The notes beneath the pieces were generated by a model that worked only from the letters and a program-made list of their open reading frames with translations, had not been told where the DNA came from and made no database searches. Both the position numbers and the translations under genes were made by a program. Source: Cyanophora paradoxa CCMP329 (Eukaryota > Plantae > Glaucophyta). Taken from it: a stretch of DNA of 29,564 nt. Below are positions 1 through 10,931 of the stretch, piece after piece. Location of the stretch: contig QPMI01000257.1 in assembly GCA_004431415.1 (NCBI GenBank), positions 1 through 29,564 of the forward strand, read 5' to 3'. How positions within the stretch are numbered: the first letter of the stretch is position 1; every line of letters begins with the position of its first letter.

Positions 1-986
1 GCAGCGGGGGCGGAGGAGGGGAGCCAGAGCGGAACGGGGGGGGAGAGGCGGGCGAGGAGTGCGGGAGCCAGGGCGGGGCGGAGGCGGAGGCGGCGGAGTC
101 GCAGGCGGACGGGGCGTCGGAGACGGAGGCGTCTCCCGCCACTAAGAAGTCGCGCGTGGACGCCATCTGGGCCGAGATGAAGGCAGAGGGGATGGCGCCG
201 CCCTCCCGCCCCTCCCTCGTGCGCCCGCGCCCGCGCCCGCCCGCCCGCGCCGCCCCGCCCCGCCCCGCCGGCCCCGGCGATCGCCTGCCCTCGAGCCCTT
301 CGTTCGCGCGCGCAGACGGAGCTACGAGCCGCGGGCAAGCTGGGGCCGATCGGGACCGTGGCGGCGGCGTCGGCGGCGGCGGCGGGCCCTCGGGCGCGGC
401 GGGGCCCCGCAGGCCCGACTTCATCCCGACAGTCAGGCAAGCGAGCCGCCGGCGGGTTCCTAAGGGTTCCTGACACGGCGCGGGGGCGCGGGGGCAGGTT
501 CGCGACGCGAGCAACGGGAGCCCCCGAGGCGGGGGCGGCGGCAACGGCGGGAGGGCCCGAGCGCCGGCCCGAGCGCGCCGGCGGGCCCCCGGCGGCCCAT
601 CGGGCTCGAGGCTCTGGTGGCCCGCATCCAGGGCAAGCGCGGAACCTCCACCATGGAGAAGAGCCGCGCCGACTGGGACCAGGTGCGGGCGATCGCGTAC
701 CCCCCCCACCCCGCGTACCCCGGACCCCGACTGATCCCGTTTACCGCAGTTCAAGAAGAAGGAGGGCCTCCAGGACGAGCTTCGCCAGTACACGAAGAAC
801 GGGTGCGTTCCGATCCTTCCCGCTGCCCCCCCCCCCCCCCCCCCCCCCCCCCACATCCCCCCTCTGACCGCGCCGGTGTACAGGTACATCGAGAAGCAGG
901 AGTTCCTGGCGCGGTCGGACGTGCGGGAGTGGGAGGCGGAGCTGGCGGCGCGCAAGAACAAGGCCAAGAAGCCCATGCTCGAGTAG
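1..986 (+). CDS. CFDP1: BCNT/CFDP1 (Swc5)-family protein, 3' part, multi-exon (host)
   Basis: Splicing two short GT-AG introns (~683-749, ~803-883) gives STMEKSRADWDQ-FKKKEGLQDELRQYTKNG-YIEKQEFLARSDVREWEAELAARKNKAKKPMLE* (TAG 984-986), matching the BCNT C-terminal domain pattern. Upstream is an acidic stretch and KKSRVDAIWAEM. 5' end lies outside the window; internal exons are approximate. Confidence 0.8.
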
Positions 987-1746
987 CCGTGCGGGTGGGG
1001 GTACGAAATTTTGAAGGGCCGGGCGGCCGTGGGCTTCCCGGCGCCGGCCCCGGGCTGCCAATACCAGTCAGCTGCTGTACTAGTTTGAATTCGAATTCGA
1101 CGCTGCAGGTTTCGGTATATGAAATGCTGGGGTCTGCGATCGCTGGCCTCTAGCAATAAATCTAGATCTAGATCTAGAGCTGGAACTCGCGTTCGGAAGC
1201 TTAAGCTTAGTCTTGTCGCTTCCGAAGTTCAGCCTGAGCTGCATACAAATGCATGCGGAAGAAGAACCCAGCTGCAGGCCCGAACCCAGCTGCAGCTGTG
1301 AACGATTTCGGTTTTCCTGCCGGAGCTGCCAGTCTTGTGAGGCGCGCAGCCTTGGAATACAGCAGCGAGACGCTGTCTCTCCCATTATCGTCCCATAGCT
1401 AGCTCAGCTGCAGGCGGATCGATCGGCCGGCACGCCGCCACTAGCGCTAGCTATAGACCGAGCCTTTGTACGTCACCGTCACAGACTGATATATATCGGT
1501 ACCCGCGTCCGAACATCAACGGCGGCCATCGATATCAGCCCAGGTCTAGGCGTGCGCTCCCTCCCGGGTCCCAGGGCTGCGTCACAGAGCAGGCCTTGCT
1601 TGACCTTGAGCTTGCCGAGGTGCGTTGGACGAGGGCGGAGCGCCGGAGGCTCGCCGGCGGCGGCTGACCGGTCTGATCACCGTCAGCCTGCCGCAGGCTT
1701 CGCGGCGGCGCTCAGGGGCCAGATCATCGATATCAGTCAGTCAGAC

Positions 1747-4700
1747 ATGTCGGATAACACATGTACCGTGCGCGAAGGACCTGCAGCGAGCTGGACTGTC
1801 CCCTCCAGCGAGGTGCGGGCGCGCGCGGCGGCGGCGCCGATTCAGAACCTAAAAGGGCGGCCGCGGGCGCCGGCATGCGCAGGTGCTGACGCTGGAGCTT
1901 GAAAGCCAGGAGAGGGACGTCGACTCGCCGATCCAGCTGCAACGGCAGCTGCAGGATCCGGACCGCCACGAGCCCGAGGCGCCGCGATGCGCCGCGGCCG
2001 GAGCCGCGGCCGGGGCGCCGATCGACGCGCTGCAGGAGGACGTCGTCGGCAGCATCCTCAGGCGCCTCGGGCAGCGCGAGTGCTGGCCCCTGCGCCGCGT
2101 CTGCAGGTCCGCTCCGGACCCAGATCGATATCCCGGCCCGCGGCGCGCTATAGCTATAGGAGGCCTTCGCCAGGCATGATTATGACGCTGGCATGCATGT
2201 GCAGGCGCTGGCAGCAGGCGGTGGAGGATCTGCAGTGGCCGGGCGCCGAATTCGAAGTCCGCCTCACGGGCCTGATTAGCCCGGAGGAGTACGACGCCGC
2301 CGCACGCGTCTTCCGCCGGGGCGCCCTCCGCCTCGGCGCCGGCACCGGAATCGCCTTCCGCCGGACAGTCGTCGAGGCGCGCTCCGCGATCGCGAGCGTC
2401 GCGGCGGCGAGGGCGCACCACCGGCGGTCGGTGCAGGGCCTCTGCAGCGTCCTGGGGGCGCTGGCGCACGGCGCTAGCCCGACCCGCCCGCGGGAGGTGA
2501 CCGTCGAGCTGTTCCGCGACCCCGCCGCGCCGGCGCCGGCCGGGGCGCCGGCCGCCCCCACGATCCCAGTCAACATCTCGGCCGGCGGCGGCCGCGTCGA
2601 CACCGTTTTCCTGGACGACTACCTCCTCGGGGCGCTCCGTGCGCTGGCGCCGCCGGCCGCAGCCGACGCCGGCGCCGGCGCCTGCGCCGACCGCGGCGGC
2701 AGCCTCGAAAGGCTCAGCATCGGCCTCACCCTCCCCGGCGGCGGCGCTGGCGCCGGCGGCGGCGCCGGGGCCGCCGGGGGATGGCTCCCGTGGCCTTCGT
2801 CTTCCGCCCTGCTTGACGCCCTCACGCCCCTCGGCGGCGCCCTGCGGTCCCTCACCCTCTCCTTCGGGGCCCACGACGTCGGCGCGCTGCCGTCGGCCGC
2901 GGGCGCCGTCGCTGCAGCCTGCCCCGACCTGCGCTCCCTGAGCCTCCCCACGAGCAGCGGGGCCGCCTCACAAGTGCTCGAGTGCCTGGCTCCCCTCGCG
3001 CGCCTCGAGCGCCTGACCCTCGCGATCACGAACTCGGGCCGCGTCGTGCACGTGACCGACGGCCTCGTGGCGCTCGCCGCTGGCCCCGCCGGCAGGAGCC
3101 TCCGTAGCCTCGCCTTCGTCGACGTCCGGAGGCTGTACCGGTGCCGCCCTACCCCCCCCCTCCTTCTTCCCCCCCCCCCCCCCCCCCGTTCCCCTCCCCC
3201 TGCATCCCCTACCCTCTCCGCCCAGCCTCTCTCCGCCCAGCCTCCCTACCCTTCCCCTCCCCCATTGCCCCCAGCACTTCCATTCGAATTCCCCCGCCCA
3301 GCGACTCCCGGCCCCCTGTACCGGAAGCTGTACCGGTGCCGCCTCCCCCCTCCCCCACAACCCCTACCCCCTCCCTCCATCCCTCCCTCCTTTAATCGCC
3401 CCCCCTCTCTATGCACCGGCCCCCCACTCTTCCAGCCCCCCCTCCTCCTTCCCCCCCCCCTCCCCAACCCCGCCGCGCCTCTAGCCCCCCTCCCACGCCC
3501 CTCCGCCTCCGCCGGCCCCGCCTTCCGTCCCCTCTTTTCTCTCCCCTCCTCTCGCCTTCTCCTTCGCCCCCCTTCCACCCCCCCCCCCTCCCTTACCCCC
3601 GCCCCGCTCCCCTCCGCCCGCCCTCCCCCTCCCCCCTCCCCCCGGGCCCCCCGCCCGCTCTCTCCCCGCTCCGCCTCCGGATCCCCACCCTTCCCCCCGT
3701 CATCCCCGCCCATCTAGATTTCCCAGCCCCCCACGTGCACCCTCACACCCCCTATAGCTTCCCTCGAGCTCCCCTTCCATCCCCGCCCCGACATAAGCGT
3801 CCCGCTCCCTAAGCGTAAGCCTTCCTAAGCCATCCTAAGCTGTACCGGTGCCACCCCTCCTCGCTGGGTACCGGTGCCCACCCCCACCACCCCTCCTTTT
3901 CGTCCCCTCCCTTCCCCCCTCCGGGATCCCTCCCGATCCCCCCCTCCGCCAAGCCCCCACCCCTCCCACCCACCCCCCTCCCCCCCCTCCGCCTCCGCCC
4001 TGCCCTTCGCCGCCCCCACTCCTCCCCCGCTCCCTTCCTGCACTCCTCCCTCCGCCCTCGCCGTCCCAGCCCCCTGAGCCCTCCTGAGCCTCCCGGGCGG
4101 GTAGGGAGGGCGCCTTCCCGCAGCGATCGGGGAGCGCCCGGCCCTCGTTCCTGTGCCGGACCCTCGAGGCCGGCCTCTACGCCCTCGGCCGCATGCCGGC
4201 GCTCCAGTCCCTCTCCCCGCTGCCCGTGCGCGCGCCGGCGCCCTCTCTCGGCCCTGCCCCGCCCCTCGCGGTCCCGCACCTCTCATAAACGGCACCACAG
4301 ATCGACGCGAACGCCGCGTCCGACGACGGCATCAAGGCGCTCCAAGGCCTCGAGGGCCTTCGGGAGGCCCTCGTCGACTTCAACTGCGCCGGCCCCGAGC
4401 GGACGGCGGCGGCGCTGGCCGCGCTGGCGCAGACCCTCGACAAGCTCGCGCACCTTCGCGCCCTGCGGCTCCGCCTGAAACTCGGGCGCGCCGGCGCGGA
4501 GGAGCTGGCCGCGCTCCTGGGCGGCGCCGCCGCCCGGCGCGCCGTGACGGACTTGGAGCTGGTGGCGGTCGAGGAGGGCTTCGAATTCCCCGCCCTGAGC
4601 GCGGTCACAGAGGCGCTGGCAGGCCTCCAGCTGCCCCTCCTCTCCCACCTTAGCCTCGGCCTGACCCGTGCGCCCTCCTCTCTTTAGCTCCCGGCCCGGC

Positions 4701-5225
4701 CCGCCCGGCCCTCCGCACCGCTTTTAATTTATTATGCATGCGCAGGCTGCCCCGTTGGCGCGGACGAGGTCCTGCAGCTCCTGCGCGGCGCGGCAGCGCC
4801 CGGCGCCGGCGCCGGCACCCCCGCCCACCTCGAGCTGCGCCTCGGCCGGCCGCTGGAGGAGGCAGAGGCGGGGGCGCTCGCCGCGCTGCCGGCCCTCAGG
4901 AGCCTCCGCCTCGCAGTGTCCGCCGGGCCCGACGCCCCGCTCCGCCCCTTCCAGGTGCTTAAATTTCAAATTAAAGTTTCCATGTTTAATTTAAATTTGT
5001 CGCTCGTGCGAGGAGCTTAAATTTCAATTTAAATTTCAAAGTTCACTTTTCCACCCTGACAGCCATGACCAGGTGCTCGAGGGCCTCTCCCGCGACGTCG
5101 CCGTGCACGTGGACATCCGCGTCGCCTCCGCCGTGCAGGGCCGCCCCGCGGACGAGGCGGTCGGGGCCGCGGTGCTCCGCATCCACGCGGCCCACGCGGC
5201 GGCGAGATCCGAGGCCTGGCTGTGA
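1747..5225 (+). CDS. F-box domain / leucine-rich-repeat-like protein, multi-exon (host)
   Basis: Spliced reading gives IDALQEDVVGSILRRLGQRECWPLRRVCR-RWQQAVEDLQW (F-box-like), then LxxLxL repeats (LERLSI, LRSLTL, CPDLRSLSL, LERLTL). Several GT-AG introns including a ~1.2 kb C-rich one; stop TGA 5223-5225. Exon boundaries approximate. Confidence 0.7.
3125..4100. repeat. C-rich low-complexity intronic tract with interspersed GTACCGG(TGCC) motifs
   Basis: Poly-C/CT runs; GTACCGG core at ~3135, ~3318, ~3330, ~3842, ~3868, mostly as CTGTACCGGTGCC. Confidence 0.75.
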
Positions 5226-6394
5226 CCCGCGCTCCGAATTCGACCGTCGGAAGTTGCCACGCTTTGAGGCCTGGCTGTGATCATGATCATGATCACCTTC
5301 GGACCCGGCCCGCGCTCCCAAATTCGAAAAGTTCGAATTCAGACTTGCAAATAATCGACGTTGACGTAGTCCACGCGCGCCTCTTGTTTCTCCGACCCTT
5401 AAACTTCGTTGTTCTTTCTAGCTGGCTTCCACCACCACCACTCTCAGCCTCCCGGCCCACACTCCCTCCTCGATCACGCGCTCCAATTGTGTGCACGTGC
5501 TACGTATACTCCGGTACATAAACGTGCCTTTGATTTCTTGCTTCCTGCAGCTGGTAAAATCGCTTTTAGTCCTTTAGTTAGCCCTATTAAAGTATAGGCT
5601 AGGCCTGTGTACTCTTGCTTCGATCCCTGTGGCTTTCGACTCCGTTAACATTCTCATAACTCCTGATCATGATCGTTTCGTCTTTTCTTGTGTTAACGTT
5701 CTTTGTATACGTAGCTGTCATGCGAGATGTGAACAACCTGCAGCTGCAGCTGTAAAATTTGCGTAGTCTGCACATGTACAATCTGCACAGTTTGATTTCT
5801 ATATCATATAGTATATATGTACGTACGTGTACAGTCTACATGTCGACATCGTTCAACGGCTTAGCTTCGCGCGCAACTTGCAATTGGCAATTGAATAGTC
5901 TGTACATGCGTAGATCCTTCTTTTCTCTCTAAATTGCAATGCAACTTATTATGCAAGTGCTTCTAACCCTAGCTGTACAGTAGAGCTTTTTCTTCGTTAG
6001 TTAATCACTTCAATTTGTATGATTGATCAGATATCATATCTAGATCTATGCACGCGCATTGATTTGCAATTAATTTCTAGATTTAGATCTCTGGCCTCGA
6101 AACAGAACTTGTAGATGAAGCATAAACTGCTTGGAATCGAATCTCATGATGCCAACTAGATTGTGGCATGATTCTATTTACTTAACATCATCGCTTCTGA
6201 ACAACCAATTTGACAAATCATTGAATTGTGATGCAGGATTTTGTGAATGCAATGCTAAGACAGATATTCAATTTCAAATCAAATAAATTCAAATCTCATC
6301 GCTTCAGATCTAGAGCAAACACATATTACTTGCAAACACATTTTGCAAGACGAATTATATCGATGAAACCGATCGCGATGCCGAGATCTACAGC

Positions 6395-7604
6395 CTAGAA
6401 AATGAACGCAAGCGCGGCGGATGCCGCTGCGAGAACGAATGCCGTCGCAACAGACGGAGAGAGGGCGAGCCCGGCGCCGACGCTTCCCTTCGGCGCGACG
6501 GGCGACACAGTGGAGAGGCCGGCGGCGCTGGTGGCAGTGAGGGGCGCGATCAGCTGCCCGCCGTTCGCCTCGTTGATGGCGGCGATGAGCGCGTTGGCGC
6601 CCTCGGGGTTCTTGATGATGGCGGCGAGGGTCTGCCCCAGGGCGTACGCCGAGCCCGAAGAAACGGTGTAGTCGTAGGCCACGAGGGACTGCTCGGTGGT
6701 GGCGTTCGAGGCGCCCGCGAGGCGGCGGCGCCCGGCGGCGGCGCAGGAGACGGCGACCGTGTCGATGACGGCCGCTTGGGCCTTAAAGGCATCCCCGAGG
6801 ACCTTCTTCTTGTCGTTGCAGACGGCGACCGCGAGCGGCATCGTGACCTTGATCTGAGAGGTCGTCTTCGCTGTGCCGGAGCAGCCTGTAGGCAGGCCGT
6901 CCGCGCCGGTGCCCGCGTTCCACGTGATGGAAGCCGCGGCGGCCGAGTTGGGGGCGGCGAACTTGCCGGAGACCTCGACCGCGCCGGCGGTGGGGCCGTC
7001 CTGCGCGATCGCAGGCTCGTCCGAAGGGCCGCTGAACAGAGCCTCGACCTCCTGCAGAGCGATTCCAATTATATTCAACTCTCTAAGCTGGCGCTGCAGC
7101 ATTGTAAAGCGATGAATTTGAGTAAAGAACGGACCGCGCCGTAGGTGACCTTCGAGCCCTTGATCTTCAGGTCCGCCTTCTCCAGCGCGACGGAGCGGCC
7201 CCACCAGACCTTGCCCTTGGTCGGGCCGCTGACGCTGTTCACGTCGAGCAGAGCGATGGCTGCAGAGACATCAGAATGCTGGAGGGAGCGAGAAGCGCAA
7301 AAGAGAATATATAGTATTGAATTAAAAAATACCCAGGGCCGGGGCCGCGCAGGGGATGGACGAGCCTCCGTTCAGGCCAGCGACGAAGTCAAGGTTGGTG
7401 GCTTCTGTTATTCCAAGATCAGAAAACTTGACGAATATATTAATGCCCATGCAAAATAATTCGGGTATCGATATCGATGAGAAAGGAATTCGAATGGCCG
7501 CACGGGTGACGCTGCCGGAGGCGGTGAAGGTGACCGAGGACGAGCTGCCGGTCTTGACGGCGTACTCGGCTCGCTTCCAGGAGAACCCCACCAATTGCGC
7601 GCCC
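6395..7604 (-). pseudogene. Host cell-surface protein (C-terminal GPI-signal-like tail), 5' part separated by the viral insertion
   Basis: Four exons joined by short GT-AG introns (GAQLVGFSWKRAEYAVKTG.../EATNLDFVAG.../AIALLDVNSVSGPTKG.../EVEALFSG...). Contains an RRRL motif and ends in hydrophobic ATAFVLAAASAALAFIF*. No start codon or signal peptide before composition switches at ~7604. Confidence 0.65.
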
Positions 7605-7629
7605 TCTTCTTTCCTTCCCCACTACCACA

Positions 7630-7835
7630 TTCAGTAAGCCCATTATCCATTTTCGAATTTCTCAGTAAGGCTCAGTAACAAACTATAAAATAGCACTGTA
7701 TTTTTCAAACATCTAACCTCTCCTTACTGAAACCAATCACGAAACCCTTCCATTCTTCATTTTTCTAATTCCTTACCATTCCCAGTAAGCCCTAAAACCC
7801 TCTCTCGATATCTCAGTAAGGACAGTAAGACCCAT
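7630..7835. repeat. Subterminal CAGTAAG motif cluster (putative terminal repeat region)
   Basis: CAGTAA(G/C) at ~7632, 7663, 7673, 7783, 7814, 7823, plus inverted CTTACTG at ~7724. The triplet recurs with ~150 bp period. Confidence 0.65.
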
Positions 7836-7980
7836 ATTTTTACGAAATGTTCCCAATCGTTTCCAAACTGTTTTCAGTTACCCAAATTGAAAAATCAAGG
7901 TGACCCCCACCGATAGCGTAAATCAACATATGAAATGCGTTTATCCCCACTTAAAGATTTCCCGCTATATAGCTATAAAG

Positions 7981-8304
7981 ATGCCGAGCAATCAACTCCC
8001 ACTACCCAAAAGTAAGCAATGCACTATCTGCAAAGTAGATAGACCTGCATCGTGTTTTGGTTTGCGTAAATTAAAAACTGGTAATGTCGCATTGAATCCA
8101 AGATGCATCGAGTGCAACCGCGACTATCACCTTGACCTGTATCACAAAGTCTTAAAAACGCGTCCGAAAATCGAAGTACAATCGAAAATATGCCCCGATT
8201 GCAAGATTGAGAAGCCTGCAAGCGAGTATAATAAAAAGCAAAGTACGAAGGATGGTCTCTACTATAAATGCCGACAGTGTTATAGTGAGACTCGGACGAG
8301 CTAA
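7981..8304 (+). CDS. Tandem CxxC zinc-ribbon protein (putative DNA-binding)
   Basis: Two modules, CTICK...CIEC and CPDCKIEKPASEYNK...KDGLYYKCRQC, like the N-terminal Zn modules of viral HNH/EndoVII proteins. No nuclease domain. ATG 7981 follows TATAAAG. Confidence 0.7.
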   Translation: MPSNQLPLPKSKQCTICKVDRPASCFGLRKLKTGNVALNPRCIECNRDYHLDLYHKVLKTRPKIEVQSKICPDCKIEKPASEYNKKQSTKDGLYYKCRQCYSETRTS

Positions 8305-8518
8305 TGCATGATTTCTATTTTATAGTTTTTAAAGCAAGTTTGTGCTGCCGAAAATGCCCACCTGCACAAACTTGCGCACCCCATCGACAAAGTACGATGA
8401 TCGACAAAGTACGACGATAGACCACGTTAAAATACACTCGCGCCCCGCCCACTATGCAAGATACATGCAAACAACATGCGAGATACATATATAAATTGTT
8501 TTTCTCTTCCTATAATAA

Positions 8519-9328
8519 ATGAAGACTCACTTTTACCATAAATATACCGGCAACAAGTATAATGAAATGGATACGATCTATCCATATATCGATTTAGACG
8601 GAATTAATAAAGTTATAGAACCGTTTTGTGGTTCAGGTGCTTGTAGTTTCTATCTTTGGGAAAAGCATAAAGACCGGTTTGATTATTATATGAATGATAA
8701 CGACGAAACCCATACCCTTTTTTTGAATACAATGAAAGACCCAGACAATAAAGTTAAACTCTTAGAGAGTCTTAAACAGTTCGAAGCAGTAAGCAATATA
8801 GAAGAGCATAAAGAAGTATATAAGAAGTTTCTACAACATGATCGTAAAGATGCAATGGATTACTTAGCTCACCATTTCTATCTTCTTAAAAACAGCGTTT
8901 TAAATGTTAAAACCCTCCGTGATTTCAAAAAACGAAACGTGAAGGTGAGTCCATATACAACTCTTAAAAAGAAGATACCTTACGATGATTTTATTAAAGG
9001 AGCCAGCCTATCCCATGGGGATTTTCGCGATATTGTAGCCAAATATAGAGATGATGAAGCGGCTTTTATATTTCTCGATCCTCCATACGTAAACAGCAAT
9101 AATGACTTTTACGAAAATGTAGAATTCGATTTAGAAACCTTCTTTTTGGATTTGGAAGACCTATTTAAGACAGCGAAATGCAAGGTTATGATGGTTGTAA
9201 ATGATGCTCTTTTAATGAAACTCCTATTTAAACCCTATATTCGCCATACGTATGGCAAAGTGTATGGTATAACAAAACGAAAAAGGAACCATATCATAAT
9301 GACTAACTATGAACTTGGTGAAAAATAA
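8519..9328 (+). CDS. Dam/D12-class N6-adenine DNA methyltransferase
   Basis: YTGNK (motif X), EPFCGSG (motif I), MNDND (motif II), FLDPPY (motif IV) in alpha-class order; intact 269 aa. Confidence 0.92.
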   Translation: MKTHFYHKYTGNKYNEMDTIYPYIDLDGINKVIEPFCGSGACSFYLWEKHKDRFDYYMNDNDETHTLFLNTMKDPDNKVKLLESLKQFEAVSNIEEHKEVYKKFLQHDRKDAMDYLAHHFYLLKNSVLNVKTLRDFKKRNVKVSPYTTLKKKIPYDDFIKGASLSHGDFRDIVAKYRDDEAAFIFLDPPYVNSNNDFYENVEFDLETFFLDLEDLFKTAKCKVMMVVNDALLMKLLFKPYIRHTYGKVYGITKRKRNHIIMTNYELGEK

Positions 9329-9586
9329 CGACTCAGTCATATATATATTTCGTATATATGTCCGAACCTCCGTGTGTGTGATCCCGCACAACTTTGAATT
9401 TTTTTGATTTTTTTTTTTGTTTTTTTCGCATATGACGACATATACATATATATACCGGCGTCACCGACATATTCGGGGTCATCACATCGCGGCGATCCCG
9501 AAAACATATAGCATGCCACAAAGTAGTATTTTATGTGTTTTTCGATGTTCGACCAATCAGAAGCCACTAGAAAGGGGGGAGACCGG

Positions 9587-9690
9587 TTTTGTGGACACCG
9601 GGGATACCCATTTTGTGGACATTTGTGGACACCGGGGATACCCATTTTGTGGACACCGGGGATACCAGTTTTGTGGTTATTTTGTGGACA
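9587..9690. repeat. Tandem ~24-bp repeat TTTTGTGGACACCGGGGATACCCA (3 near-full copies plus partial copies)
   Basis: Copies at ~9587, ~9622, ~9645; TTTTGTGGACA half-units at ~9611 and ~9680. Confidence 0.9.
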
Positions 9691-9934
9691 AAATGCAAAA
9701 AACTGAAAAACAAACAAAAACGAAAAACAACGAAAGACGTAAAAAAACCAATTCGAAAAACACTTCAAAAACTCGAAAAACAAACGAAACCGCCACGCAA
9801 ACCGACAAATCACTGCATCTCTTCACCAACTCATCGCCTTGCAAAACCAAAAATAGCGCCGTGACCGTCTTGACGAGGCTAACACGACCATGTAAGTATC
9901 ATAGGGTCATTAAATATTTGTTTTATAATTAATA

Positions 9935-10327
9935 ATGGATTCCCGATACCGCGGCTACCACGTTATGCTTGACTATATAACCGACCCGTTCACCGAGTCC
10001 CCGGAGGCATGCGCCGAGTGGATCACAGCGAACCTGTCGCAATATATAACAGATCGCAAGATGCGCATCGTGCATCAGCACACCTGCATTTTCGATGGCT
10101 CTATTTCCCCTCCTGGTTTCGCGATTGGCTTTCTATTGGATGAGTCGCATGCGACAGCTCACTCTTACAGCGACCAGGGGCTATTAGCGATCGATATCTT
10201 TACATGCGGCTCAAATGCCGAAGCGAAGACAATGGGTATAGCACGGGACATTAACGAACTCATACAAGAAAGGCTGAAAGTTCGAAAGTGGGACTTACAG
10301 GTCGAGCAAAGGTTCCCAATTTCATAA
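9935..10327 (+). CDS. speD: Pyruvoyl-dependent S-adenosylmethionine decarboxylase proenzyme (short prokaryotic-type), copy 1
   Basis: GYHVMLD, LLDE-SH autocleavage site, AHSY, AIDIFTCG with catalytic Cys; 130 aa. Confidence 0.88.
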   Translation: MDSRYRGYHVMLDYITDPFTESPEACAEWITANLSQYITDRKMRIVHQHTCIFDGSISPPGFAIGFLLDESHATAHSYSDQGLLAIDIFTCGSNAEAKTMGIARDINELIQERLKVRKWDLQVEQRFPIS

Positions 10328-10352
10328 AAAATGAAAAAAGCGACATATACAT

Positions 10353-10682
10353 TTAATGTTCCTTGATCGGAAACTTGCCCATTAGCGGGTGATCGAGACC
10401 CATGACATACCAGCATCGCATGACGGGATCCCACCGGGCTCTCTCAGCCTTCGCTTGATCCTTAAATTCATAAGGAATATCGAGGTAAACCTTCACGTTT
10501 CTTTGATACACTTGCTCATAGCTTAGAGTTTTGAACTGAGAGCATAGGGGGTGATCTTTCTTCGTGACATACCAGCATGAATTCTCACGATCCCACTTTC
10601 CACCGAGGGATTTCGCAACGTCTTTTTTATCATACGGAATGTCAACGAAATGCTTTTCACCCTCCATCTCTTTTATATTCAC
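10353..10682 (-). CDS. Tandem DUF5710-like domain protein
   Basis: Two repeats: FVDIPYDKKDVAKSLGGKWDRENSCWYV and YLDIPYEFKDQAKAERARWDPVMRCWYV. Confidence 0.8.
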   Translation of the reverse strand: MNIKEMEGEKHFVDIPYDKKDVAKSLGGKWDRENSCWYVTKKDHPLCSQFKTLSYEQVYQRNVKVYLDIPYEFKDQAKAERARWDPVMRCWYVMGLDHPLMGKFPIKEH

Positions 10683-10706
10683 CGGAGAAAATAATTTTAG
10701 GGTTTG

Positions 10707-10931
10707 TTATGAACGAGATGACCGAAGAATACGCGTAGTAGGGGCTGTATAGCTTGCGCTCTGATTCTTGAATGATTTATACCACCTCTGACTGTTTACC
10801 TCTGAGAGCTTCTCAGTTCCCGCGATCGTTAATTTAGCGAGCTCTCTCAGCGCCCTCTTTGTCTTTTCTGCGCGATCTTCCAGTAGGTCGCCTTTTGGAA
10901 CACTTGCGGCGACATCTAACACATATGACAC
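10707..10931 (-). pseudogene. Probable 5'-truncated gene fragment abutting the hairpin
   Basis: 74-codon frame with no ATG; the frame hits a stop a few codons into the hairpin arm. Confidence 0.4.

Noticed and set aside
5211-5280. 15-bp direct repeat GAGGCCTGGCTGTGA duplicating the F-box gene stop
   Set aside because: Real, but a small local duplication with no terminal repeats or coding capacity between copies.
156-5321. Many long overlapping Pro/Gly/Arg-rich ORFs in the six-frame track
   Set aside because: Artefacts of high GC and C-rich introns; spliced models explain the region.
8383-8416. 17-bp tandem duplication ATCGACAAAGTACGA(T/C)G
   Set aside because: Two copies only; likely slippage with no supported function.
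8519-9328. Restriction-modification system
   Set aside because: No recognisable endonuclease catalytic domain nearby; the Zn-ribbon gene lacks HNH or PD-(D/E)xK motifs.
9587-9690. CRISPR array
   Set aside because: Repeats are contiguous with no unique spacers; no cas genes.
9333-9932. ORFs of 62-171 aa across the repeat and A-rich tract
   Set aside because: Translations mirror the tandem repeat and low-complexity DNA.
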